Translations under genes and position numbers: made by a program
Notes under the pieces: generated by a model
What the model saw: only the letters and a program-made list of their open reading frames with translations
Databases searched by the model: none
What the model was told of the DNA's origin: nothing
Source: Malacoraja senta
Lineage: Eukaryota
Assembly: GCA_038087875.1 (NCBI GenBank)
Contig: CM075993.1
Span: 2,606,001-2,670,000, forward strand
Length of the DNA stretch: 64,000 bases
Reading direction: 5' to 3'
Shown here: positions 1 to 35,233 of the stretch, in pieces
Layout: each line of letters opens with the position of its first letter
How positions within the stretch are numbered: position 1 is the stretch's first letter

Positions 1-382
1 CGTTTCCATGGTATATAACTCAGAGCACTCAGTCGTATGTTTATTCAATACATAATTTGAGCATTTAACTTGGCCTATGCCACTGCTATGGTTTTTATTC
101 TCCTTACTACAAGTTAAAGTTGTAATGTACTCTACATCCTAATAACCCACTGCAAGAATAAAACTGCTCACATGTCACTCAACCAGTTCTTGCCTCAGTC
201 ATTTACTGATGATCATTGTCCTTGTGAAAAATAGTGGAATGACAGATAATTTATCCATCAATCATAGTCATAGAGTGATAGTGTGGAAACAGGCCCTTCA
301 GCCCAACATGTCCCAGCTACACTAGTCCCACCTGCCTGCGTTTGGTCCATATCGCTCCAAACCTGTCCTATCCATGTACCTG

Positions 383-600
383 GTAGACAAAAATGCTGGA
401 GTAACTCAGCAGGTGAGGCAGCATCTATGGAGTGAAGGAAATAGGCAACGTTTCGGGTCGAAACCCTTCTTCAGAGGATAGGTTTCGGCCCAAAACATTG
501 TCTATTTCCTTTGCTCCATAGATGCTGCCTCACCCTTTGAGTTTCTCCAGCATTTTTGTCTACCTTGGATTTTCCAGCATCTGCAGTTCCTTCTTAAACT
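383..600. mobile_element. PLE-derived fold-back element inserted in a CR1 3' end
   Basis: Inverted arms aatgctggag...gcatctatggag / ctccatagatgc...ctccagcatt. Intact core CTGAAGAAGGGTTTCGACCCGAAACGTT on the minus strand at 474-447. Confidence 0.75.
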
Positions 601-2040
601 TAACTATCCAAGTACCTGTCTGTTTCTTAAATGTTGGGATAGTCCCAGCCTCAACTACCTCCTCTGGCAGCTTGTTCCATACACCCACCACTCTTTGCGT
701 GAAAAAGTTACCCCTCAGTTTCGTTAAATCTTTTCACCTTCACCTTCCTCTTATCCTCCATTCCCCTACTCTGGGCAAGAGACTTTTTTTTCCATTTATA
801 ACTAGCCGATTAACCTACAAACCTGCACGTCTTTGGAGTGTGGGAGGAAACCAAAGATCTCGGAGAAAACCCACGCAGTCACAGAGAATGCATAAACTCC
901 ATCCAGCCGGGATAATATAATGGGAGAAATTAGATCCCACAAATTCCAGAATCTGAGCCCCACAAATTAACGGGTACTTTGATCGGCTTCTTTCAAGCAG
1001 GTACTTTTGATCCATTACCTTGATATTAGTAGAAATATACTGGAATAAAGGATTATATCACCAAGAGACAAAATAGTGATTGAGGAGAGTCCATTTGGAT
1101 TTATAGACCGACTGGATGTTTGAGAAGGTACCCAGTGGAAGCCAGCATGTCACACATTTGCATTTTCAGGTTTTACAATGACCCACAGGAGGCTAGTGAA
1201 CAAGCACATGGAGCTGGGAGCAATATGCAACTATGACCCAAGTTGGTTGATAGAAAGAATACAGTAATACATGTCTATAGACAATAGGTTCCCGGTGAGA
1301 GGGCCTGAACATCGGGCTGCCCGTAGCGGTGACTACGGGGTGCTCGGGAGGCCCCGACCACGGTTGAACATTGGGGAACATCAGCGAGGAGGTTGACTGG
1401 ACTTTGGTTCCTTCCCTCACAGTGGGGAACTTTGGTGCCGCTGTGGGGATGTTTGTGTTGTGGACTACTGTGTTCTGTGTTTTTTTAATTTTATTTTTTT
1501 GTATGACTAAGGGAAAAATAATGTTGTTCTCTTCATTGAAGACAATGACAATAAATTAAATCAAATCAATAGGTGCAGGAGTAGGTCATTCGGCCCTTCG
1601 AGCCAGCACCCCACCATTCACTATGATCATCCACAATCAGTACCCCGATCCTGCCTTCTCCCCATATCCCTCGACTCCGCTATCTTTTAGAGCTCTAACT
1701 CTTTCTTGAAAGCATCCAGAGAATTGGCTTCTACTGCCTACCGAGGCAGAGAATCCCAGATTCACAACTCTCTGGGTGAAAGATGGTAAATTGGTCTTTC
1801 GCAGGTTGGCTTCAGCTGGGATACCATGGGGACCCGTGCTCAGTAATACGGCAAGTGGAACACAATAGCACTCAAGCAGAAACACAAAACATAAGAGGTG
1901 GCACAGTATAGAGTTGCTGCCTTGCAGCACCGGAGACAGGCGTTCGATCCCGACTGTGGGTGCAGTCTGGATGAAGTTTGTCTATTCTTCCAGTGCCCTG
2001 CGTGTGTTTTCTCCGGGTGCTCCGGCTTCCTCCCACACTC

Positions 2041-3237
2041 ATAGATGCATAGAAAATAGGTGCAGGAGTAGGCCCTTCGGCCCTGCACCGGCATTCAATA
2101 TGATCATGGCTGATCATCCAACTCAGTATCCTGTACCTGCCTTCTCTCCATACCCCCTGATCACTTTAGCTACAAGGGCCACATCTAACTCCCTCTTAAA
2201 TATAGCCAATGAACTGGCCTCAACTACCCTCTGTGGCAGAGAGTTCCAGAGATTCAGCACTCTCTGCGTGAAAAAGTTTTTCCTCATCTCGGTCTTAAAG
2301 GATTTCCCCTTATCCTTAAGCTGTGACCCCTTGTCCTGGACTTCCCCAACATCGGGAACAATCTTCCTGCATCTAGCCTGTCCAACCCCATAAGAATTTT
2401 GTAAGTTTCTATAAGATCCCCTCTCAATCTCCTAAATTCTAGCGAGTATAAGCCGAGTCTATCCAGTCTTTCTTCATATGAAAGTCCTGATTCCTGGGAT
2501 GTGTCTGGTGAACCTTCTCTGCACTCCCTCTATGGCTATAATGTCCTTCCTCAGATTTGGAGACCAAAACTGTATGCAATACTCCAGGTGTGGTCTCACC
2601 AAGACCCTGTACAACTGCAGTAGAACCTCCCTGCTCCTATACTCAAATCCTTTTGCTATGAAAGCTAACATACCATTCGCTTTCTTCACTGCCTGCTGCA
2701 CCTGTATGCCTACTTTCAATGACTGGTGTACCATGACACCCAGGTCTCGCTGCATCTCCCCTTTTCCTAATCTGCCACCATTTAGATAATAGTCTGCTTT
2801 CCTGTTTTTGCCACCAAAGTGGATAACCTCACATTTATCCACATTATACTGCATCTGCCAAACATTTGCCCACTCACCCAGCCTATCCAAGTCACATTGC
2901 AGTCCCCTAGCATCCTCCTCACAGCTAACACTGCCCCCCAGCTTAGTGTCATCCGCAAACTTGGATGTTGCCTTTAATTCCCTCATCCAGATCATTAATA
3001 TAAATTGTAAATAGCTGGGGTCCCAGCACTGAGCCTTGTGGTACCCCACTAGTCACTGCCTGCCATTGTGAAAAGGACCCGTTTACTCCTATTCTTTGCT
3101 TCCTGTCTGCCAGCCAGTTCTCTATCCACATCAATACTGAACCCCCAATACCGTGTGATTTAAGTTTGTATACTAATCTCTTATGTGGGACCTTGTCGAA
3201 AGCCTTCTGAAAGTCCAGATACAACACATCCACTGGT
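2041..3237 (-). mobile_element. 5'-truncated CR1-clade LINE (RT C-terminal half and 3' tail) nested in a V-SINE
   Basis: Frameshifted ORFs with [33 protein letters not shown] and LVRPHLEYCIQFWSP. SINE sequence resumes on both sides (about 1897-2040 and 3238-3400). Confidence 0.92.
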
Positions 3238-3864
3238 TCTCCCACTCCAAAGACATACAGGTTTGTAGGTTTATTGGCTTTGTTAAAAAAGATGGTAAAT
3301 TGACCCTTGTGTTCAGGATAGTATGAAGTGCGTGCGTGCAGGGAGATCGCTGGTCGGCGTGGACCAAGTGCCCGGTTATATGCTATGCCTCTAAATTAAA
3401 TTGAGTAATGGTATAGGCCAATTAAACACTCAATGTGATTATGACTCGTCTATTCTATCTTCTCATATCCCTCATTACCAATCTTACCTTTATCGACCCA
3501 TCTACTAAATATAGTTAACAACATGGATCCAGTCTCAAGGTACACAAGTCTACAGCTTTGCCACAGAGTGATTTTTCATCAGTCCTAGTTATTTTATCGC
3601 TCGTTTTGAAACAGCGATCCTTTGCTTTGGATATCTCAGTCTGCAGAAGCAGCATCCCATCACAGTCAGTCTATCCCATGTCAGGATCACGATTGACAAA
3701 TGTGATCGACCGAGGGGCTGCATTACTCTTGGTCAGAAGATCGTAAAGGGCTACGGTTTCCCGAATATATTTACTCTAAACGCCACTTCCAAGCAAGACC
3801 GCAGAGCACAAGTACCTGTTGGTTTATATGAGGGCAGACAATCCAGTCGAAAACAGTTCTTGTT

Positions 3865-3906
3865 AGAAAAAAGACAAAATGGACACTGTGTAAGCTAGTT
3901 TTTAAT
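3865..3906 (-). terminator. Probable PKM polyadenylation signal (ATTAAA, 3906-3901) with downstream U/GU-rich element; 3'UTR about 480 nt
   Basis: Minus strand reads ATTAAAaactagcttacacagtgtccattttgtcttttttct. Confidence 0.65.
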
Positions 3907-4362
3907 TGATGTGATTTGCAAACATTCAACATTTAAACTGAATCCTACTCCTATAATTCACAACAGCATGTTGCACCAAGAATGATATCAGGCCCAATAT
4001 CAGACACACAGAATCAGGAAGGATTTAAACAATTTCTATATAATCCAGAACTAAAAATGTAACTAATGCACCAATTAATACTGGGATGTATTATTGGGCA
4101 CTAATTTTAACCAAAATATAAATAAAGGTTTGTGTGGTTAAGATGTACTTGCAGTACACCAAATGAAGCATCATATAATAGTCTTACATCAGGCAGCCTG
4201 GTGCTACACAGCAGAGCAAAATCAGGAGCAGAACATGTTACAAGGAAGATACATTTGCTTTAATTTGCTTAAGTGTTGGTGCTCTGCAGTACACAAAGCT
4301 ACAGCTGTCGAGAGGGAGGTGACACTGCAGTGGACATCAGATCCAAGTCCTACCCACCACGC

Positions 4363-27889
<23,527 letters not shown>

Positions 27890-29929
27890 AGCAGGTGCTG
27901 ATTCTACCCTAGAAAGGAAAAATGCAATATTAAGGCTCTGCTAAGTCCGTAACCCTTCACAGAAGGCCAAATTAGCCCATTTGCAGCACACAAATGCCAG
28001 ACAAAGATGATATCCAAAGAAAATGATCACCCTCTGATATTCAATGGCATTAACATCACTGAATTCCCCACCATCAATGTCTTGGGATTGACCGGCAACA
28101 AAACTACAATAGTAATATACACAATGTGGCAACAGGGGGCAGTTAGAGGCTAGGATTATCACCCCCTAATGTCCCAAAACTAGTCTATCATCTACTGGGC
28201 TCACATTAGCACTGTGACAGAACACACCCCACTTGCCTGGATAACAACAGCACTAACAATGAAGCTCAACAGCATATACAATTGATAGGCACCCCACCCA
28301 TATCTATGCACTCACTATGCCAATATATAGTAGCAGTAATGTGCATCTGCAGAATGCATACATCAACTCAACCCAGCTTCAACTGTCTAGCCACACTGCA
28401 AGTCCCCCAAGCCCACAATCATTTCGGAATCAGCATTTTAAAGATCATAATTTCTTTCCTGCTTCTGCATTCTACTTACACAGTAATGCTTACAATAAAC
28501 TACGCACATTCATTCACTTGTTCCAGTATTGGTTACAATTGCATCCGTATTATGCCTTTTTTCCCCTACCAGTGTTTAAGCAAAACCATTAAAATAGCCT
28601 TGTTCAATCTAATAGGTTCAGATATCATTCCCCGTCACAACCTCCTTTCATTACAAGTCACAAGTCGTCAGATTGCTCACAACCTCAAATCCTGTGCTCT
28701 GACCACAGCATCTGCCCACATTCACCTCTTTTCACCTTTTTAATTAGTCATTATTGCCATGCCCTATTCTCAATTCCCCCCACCACGTTCCCTCTGGGCA
28801 TTCCGGTTTCACAATCCCACAATCTTAAAGACGTGCAGCTTGAAACGTCAACTGTTCATTGTAAACCGACACTTGTATATTGTTAATCGTTAGAATGCGG
28901 AAGGCAGGGACTGGGGGAGGGGAAGTTGATGAGCATGTAGGGTGAATAGATTACAGGGTGCCACGGCTGATGACTATTCTAGATTCATCTTCACAACCAG
29001 AGCCAAATTGCAGAAATATGTCCAAAAATCCTGCATCTTTCTGTACATATTTGGTTAGTTATGCTAGTTGCAAACACCACTTCATCCTTCCCCCATCTCC
29101 TGCCAAACTAGAAATTAAGAAAATCTGAGTTTCACTTATCTGGACTACTTACATATTAAGAACGTTAGTCATAAAAGTCAGAATAAGCTAGCAAAGTCTA
29201 AAGGCAACATTTATAAGCATAGTGATGGTCACAATTCCCCAGGGCTGTTAACTACATTAACCAGCTCAGAGGATAATCTTTACCAAGGGCATATCAACAC
29301 CTCCAGCCTCTCTCAGACCATAGCAGTGTATAGACAATTTGATTACAAGAGTCAAGGCTTTTATTTCACATTTAAAACCAAACTCTTATTTAGATCATCT
29401 TCAGGTCAAGTAGAAAAAAAACTCCAAAGCTACAAGGTACTGATGGTTTTCAAAATGTGCACTTTTGAGAATTTGGTATCAAAGAAAAAGTCAATAAATT
29501 GGGGAGGAAATAGGACGGGGATGGCGGAACTGGGCGTTGCTTGGAGATGAAAGCAAACTTTATTGCCGTTACTTGGCAACTTTATTGCCAAGTAACTGCA
29601 ATAACTCATTGTTAAAATGTTGTTTACATGTGCAGAGAGGACATCCGAAGCATGGCTTTCCTAGTAGTGGTAAATAATTTATAAAATAATGACACATTAA
29701 GGTCATTTCCTTCTATCCAATTGATGCCTTTTAAAAACGACCATCGGCCGGAAATATTAACTCTTCATTGACGCTACTTGATCAAAGAGTTTGCAGCATT
29801 TTAAGGTCTGATTTGGTGCAATATATTTGGTTTTGAGTTCACCCGTTGAAAGCAAGAAACTGCAAGCAATGGCTGACGATCTGGATGCCGTGATTAGTGC
29901 AGAAGCATCTCAAGCTCAGACCATGCCAC

Positions 29930-31330
29930 GTCCCAATAGCCCAAATGCATTCATAACCCGCTCCAGTGAGGCGATTGGAAAGTATTATGAATTACGAGCA
30001 TCAATGGGGGGAGGGGGGGGGAAAGAGGATAAATCATTCCAGAAATCACTAATTCGATTACAGAGAGGAAAAAACCCCGCTAGCTTGAAACATTTCAGTG
30101 ATTTGCGCTAAATCAAAGTGATAGCGGATCGAGAGAATTGGGTGGTGGGGGTTACCGAAAGGGCTAATGTTCGTTCTCTCGCCTCGTCATTCAAACGTTT
30201 CGAATGAGAATTCACCTAAATGCGGCAGGGTGGACCGCATGGCGTCTGCTGCTAGTCTTCCGGTTTCAAATCTCAACCAATGAGTCAATTACGGGCTCCA
30301 TCTTCCCTCTCCCCGCATACGCACATACAGAAAATAAACTACAGCAACCTGCACTGATCCTTGTATCGATAGCTTCTCGGATCCCAACGATCATTAGGGC
30401 AACTCTGTGCCTGCATTTAAAAGGCTGCAGTCTTAGCAAAGCTGTACTGCGATTCCTATCGCCTGCGGTGCTTGCCTCATGACACCACAATATTCCCAAT
30501 GACGTCTAAACACGCAGAAGTTACATACATTTAAACAGACTGAATTTTAATCGAGAATACATACATCCATAGGCAAGCATATTTATAAAAGCATCTCTCA
30601 ACATTATCAAACACATGGTGGAAACATAATATTTATTTAAGCATCTTTAGAGAGTTGAGAGAGGAAGTTTACAAGACAGCTTTATTCAGACTGTTTGATC
30701 TGCGAATAGCAGACTCGATATTTTTGTAAACCAAATATCTTGTTGGGAGAGCCAAATCATTTATGACGATCTCTCCCCAAAGATAAGATGGCTGGGTAAA
30801 TCGACTTCAAAGTCACTTTGAGTCTGGCCTCGCCGTTGCCAGTATCACGTTGCTGGGCCTTGAATAATCGATATTGCCTCTTCACCATGGGTAAGAAGAT
30901 CTCTCGCACACGCAGATGGATCACCCCAGATTCTGGAGATTAAAAGGTAGCCCAAGCAACGGCTACAATTGCGCAGTTGATAAAAAGTTTCATTAGAGCC
31001 CCGATCTCTATAATAACGGAGGTATAAAAAAAAATAGCACTGCTCTGGCGAGGTCAAACAAAACAAAATCCAAGCACACATTTAAATGAAAATATTTAAA
31101 AGGCTGCGTAGCAAAAACATAATCAAAAGGCATGCATGTCAAGGACACTTCACTATAGGTCAAACCACCGATTTCAACTCGGGCTCAAACACTGACCAAG
31201 AAAACTAAATTATTTAGACGGTAGACGTGCAAATTATATTTACAGTCTCTTTCAGACATTGGAATTTATGAGGTGGTGGGTTCGGACTGCAGCCCCATTG
31301 AGTACGTGCGAGTAACCTGCCGCATAATGA
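29930..31330. promoter_or_regulatory. Repeat-free, CpG-enriched block upstream of PKM exon 2 (enhancer or alternative promoter)
   Basis: Contains CCAATGAGTCA 30277-30287, CCAATGACGTC 30496-30506, further CCAAT boxes near 29933 and 29975, and ACGTG cores at 31225 and 31304. Confidence 0.4.
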
Positions 31331-31479
31331 CAAGGAATAGACTGCCCTTCAAATGGAAGAAAGGTTGCAGTAACTTTAAAAAGGGAAATACAAATACATC
31401 GTAAAACGACAGAATGAAAAACCATGCAACAAGGAATAATAATACAAAGTATGTCATAAAATTATAATATCAAGCACAC

Positions 31480-32740
31480 CTTAAAATTAGTAATTCATTG
31501 TTCAATAAAATGAAAATTAGAATTCCATTGGAGTAAATTACAAAATTCATGGATATGCAAAAAATATATAGAATTATTTAAATATATAGAAAATTATAAT
31601 CTTAAAGGAGTCAGTTATAAAACTGATGTTTTATATACAAATCTTGAAGTGGTATTTAAATATTTACATATCCCTTTTAAAGATTTAGGCAATGATAATA
31701 CCAAATAAGTCAATATTAAGAGATATATACAAACATCTTTAAATGGCATTATATATTATATCTAAAATAGTCTCATAATTAACTGGTCCCTTTGGGATTC
31801 TATCTTCCTTCGTCTTTGAATGGGTTTTCATTAATATTCAAAAATATTAATGGCATTTTATAATTGGCTGGTCCATTTCCTATTCTGGTTTTCTTGCTAT
31901 ATATATACCCTGTATATCCCATTTTAATATATAGATTGCAAAGGAAACTAGAAGCTATATCTCTAGATCTTAAATGGGATATAAATCCTGCACATACCAA
32001 ATAAATATATAGATACTAAAGGAAACAGAAATAGAGGAATATAGAACCCATATATCAGCATCTTTAAATGGGCTATACAGCAAATATAAATAGAAAGCTA
32101 AAATGACAAAGGGGCCAAAATGGCATTAATATATGGAATGTTTGAATCCCATTTAAATAGGCAGCATTGTGCTGCAGGTTAGTGCTACATTTTGTCTTGT
32201 ATATACCATTTAAATATATAGATTCTAAAAATTATAATCTTTATGTCTATATTTTTAAATGTGATATCCCATTTATATATGTAAACTCCAAAGTATATCC
32301 CAATCTATATCTTTAAATGGGATATACAAATAGAAAGAAAACTAGAATGACAAAGGTATCAATTAATTATAAAATGGCATTAATATATAAAGTATTTATA
32401 AGTGGTTTATAACCCTATTTAAAGAGGCAGCACTATGCTGCAGGCTCCATAGATCCTTCGCTCCATAGATGCTGCTGCACCCGTTGAGTTTCTCCAGCAT
32501 TTTTGTGTACCTTCGATTTTCCAGCATCTGCAGTTCCTTCTTAAACACTGTGCTGCAGGATGTTGCGACACTATAGCCTGTATATCCCAAATTAATAAAT
32601 GGTTTGCAACCCTATTTAGAGGCAGCCTGTGTTGCAGGTTAGTGCTACACTGCAGCCTGTATATCCCATATTTAAGTGGAAGCCTGTGCTGCAGACTGGT
32701 GCTACACTATACAGGGGCAGGGGCTGCTGCTGCTACACTA
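31480..32740. repeat. Degenerate AT-rich tandem array grading into gcagcctgtgctgcaggttagtgctacac-type units
   Basis: Recurrent atatcccatttaaat, aaatggcattaatat and tgctgcaggttagtgctaca motifs. Interrupted by a PLE-derived insert at 32445-32545. Confidence 0.6.
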
Positions 32741-33310
32741 CACAGGGGTAGGGGCGCCCCGCCGGTTGCTATGGAGCCGCGGCCTAGCGGCCGGCAGACA
32801 CACGCAGCCTCGGCGATTCCCAGCTCCGCCATCCGCCCTCAACGGCCGGCCGGCCAGCCAGCCAGCCGATCCTTCACCCATCACCACCTCCCTCCCCTTC
32901 AGCCACAGCCATGGTACGAACAAACCAACCTGTCCTCTCCACAGCGTGGGTCGAGAAGCTCCGACAAAGTGCCCACCCTGTGCCTGGGCTTCTCCTCATA
33001 TACTCTCCCCGTCCCCGCCCCCACCACCGGAGGACCAGCCGCCTCACCCTCGGAGGACCACCAGTGAATACCCATCCGCCCAGAGGACGCCTTCAAAGCA
33101 ACACCACCCTTCACTTCATCACACCCAAACCACGGTGGGTAGCATTTAAAAATGAATAGCGTGATTTATTTATTTTTTAAATCAGTCTGCACACAGCCTC
33201 TGGGAAAAAGGGAACTAGGTTTTTCCAGCGGATGGATTTCATTGCCAGGTTCTGACGCAGCAGAAGGAGGTACGCAGGGTACACGTGATCAGGCTAAATC
33301 TGGAACAAAA
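32740..33310 (-). promoter_or_regulatory. GC/CpG-rich island, probable PKM promoter and non-coding exon 1 region
   Basis: Strongest non-repeat CpG-rich stretch upstream of the first coding exon. Contains GC boxes (ccccgcccc near 33012), CACGTG at 33282-33287, TGACGCAGCA at 33253-33262, and a candidate donor AGG|gtgagg at 33048/33047. TSS cannot be fixed from sequence. Confidence 0.55.
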
Positions 33311-33332
33311 TGCTTTAACTACTAATATAATT

Positions 33333-34296
33333 ACACATCAAAGCTGTTAGTATTGCCATTTGTTTTAAAATATGAAATATTCTGTGATTGTCTTCATTCT
33401 TAAACTATATACAGACAGATCAAAGCTGTTGGAATTTCCCTTAGCTTTAAAATATGAAATATTCTGTGATTTTTTTCATTCTTAAAACTATGGTAACAGA
33501 TCAAAGCTGTTAGTATTGCCATTTGCTTTAAATATGAAATATTCTGTGATTGTCTTCATTCTTAAACTATATACAGACAGATCAAAGCTGCTGGAATTTC
33601 CCTTTACTTTAAAATATGAAATATTCTGTGATTTTCTTCATTCTTAAAACTATATAGTGACAGATGAAAACTTAGAATTTCCCTTAGCTTTAAAATATGA
33701 AATAGTATGTGATTTCTTAATTCTTAAACTATAGTAACAGATCAAAGGTGTTAAAATTTCCCTTTGCTTTAAAATATGAAATATTCTGTGATTTTTTTTC
33801 ATTCTTAAAACTATGGTAACAGATCAAAGCTGTTAGTATTGCCATTTGCTTTAAATATGAAATATTCTGTGTTTTTCTTCATTCTTAAACTATATAGTAA
33901 CAGATCAGCTTTTAGTATTGCCTTTTGCTTTAAAATATGAAATATTCTGTGATTTTCTTCATTCTTAAAACTATATACAGACAGATAAAAGCTTTTAGTG
34001 TTGCCATTTGCTTAAAACAAAAAAGAAATATTCTGTGATTTTCTTCATTCTTAAACGATATAGTACCAGATCAAAGCTGTTAGAATTTCCCTGAACCAGA
34101 ATGAAGTATTCTGTGATTTTCTTCATTCTTAAAACTATATCATCACAGATCAAAGCTGTTAGTATTGGTATTTGATTTAAAATATGAAATATTCTGTGAT
34201 TTTCTTCATTCTTAAAACTATATAGTAACAGATCAAAGCTTTTAGTATTGCCATTTGATTTAACTATGAGATATTCTGTGATTTTCTTAATTCTTA
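33333..34296. repeat. AT-rich minisatellite, unit about 81 bp, about 12 copies
   Basis: Unit cagatcaaagctgttagtattgccatttgctttaaaatatgaaatattctgtgattttcttcattcttaaaactatatagtaa recurs at about 80-bp spacing. Confidence 0.92.
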
Positions 34297-34989
34297 TAAA
34301 AACCCAAGTGATTACTTTAAGCATTTCTCAGGTCTTAAGAACAATGAATTATTTTACATGCTCATTGCACTTGTGCAACTTTGGTAGCATATCTCCAAAA
34401 GATCATTTATGTTTCAGTGTTTGAAAGATTGTGATCTGCAAACTTCAGTTAAGAAAGCATTATATTCTGTGACAGACTGAAGAAGGGTCTCGACCTGAAA
34501 CATCATCCTTCTCTTCAGAGATGCTGCCTGTCCCGCTGAGTTACTCCAGCATTTTGTGTCTATCTTCAATGTAAACCAGCATCTGCAGCAAAGATCTTTG
34601 ATCTACAGTTCCTTCCTACACATTACATTCTGTGATTGGATGATGGGCTGAAGATTTAGACAGCATTAGCCGAAATGAGGTTAATAACCTACACCAGAAA
34701 AGTCATACAACACCCACTGTTGCCAATTTTCTAATTCAATTTTACCTGAAAACAGTATTCTTTTATGAGGTTTTAGCAAAATGCTGGAAATCTAAAACAG
34801 AAATTGAAATGCAGCCCCCTTTGTATCCTGCAAGCCCTTTGAAACTTGCCCCAAAACTTGCTATTTGTTAAATTATTTGCTTCCAGAGATGCTGCTTGTC
34901 CCGCTGAGTTACTCCAGCTTTTTGAGTCTATCTCAGGTTTAAACCAGCATCTATCACCATAGTGTGGCGGGCCACATCTATCGCCATAG

Positions 34990-35233
34990 TGTGACACATG
35001 GTGTTTTCACGTGTTTTTCAATTAGTTTTCCTGGCTGCCCCGGGACTGGCTGTAGCGCCCAGGTCTCCTGCGTGCCCCGGGACGAGCTGCACTTCCCAGA
35101 TCAGCTTGCGTCCCCGGGACTGGCTACAGTTCCCAGGTCGCGAAAACGAATTGAAAAAAAATACCCCTGTAGGCCGGATGATTTCGGGTTACGGGCCGGA
35201 TCCGGCCCGTGGGCCGTAGGTTGCCGTCGCCTG
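34990..35233. mobile_element. hAT-like transposon end fragment
   Basis: Terminal cgggccggatccggcccgtgggccgtaggttgccgtcgcctg resembles hAT subterminal/TIR sequence. Only one end is seen. Confidence 0.55.

Noticed and set aside
1019..1039. 21-nt minus-strand microexon (ttccag|TATATTTCTACTAATATCAAG|gtaatg)
   Set aside because: Splice-like flanks are present, but joining it to the 3488 donor frame gives a stop, and there is no homology support.
33333..34296. CRISPR-like array (also considered for 47290-47632)
   Set aside because: Units are contiguous tandem copies without unique spacers, the context is vertebrate, and there are no cas genes.
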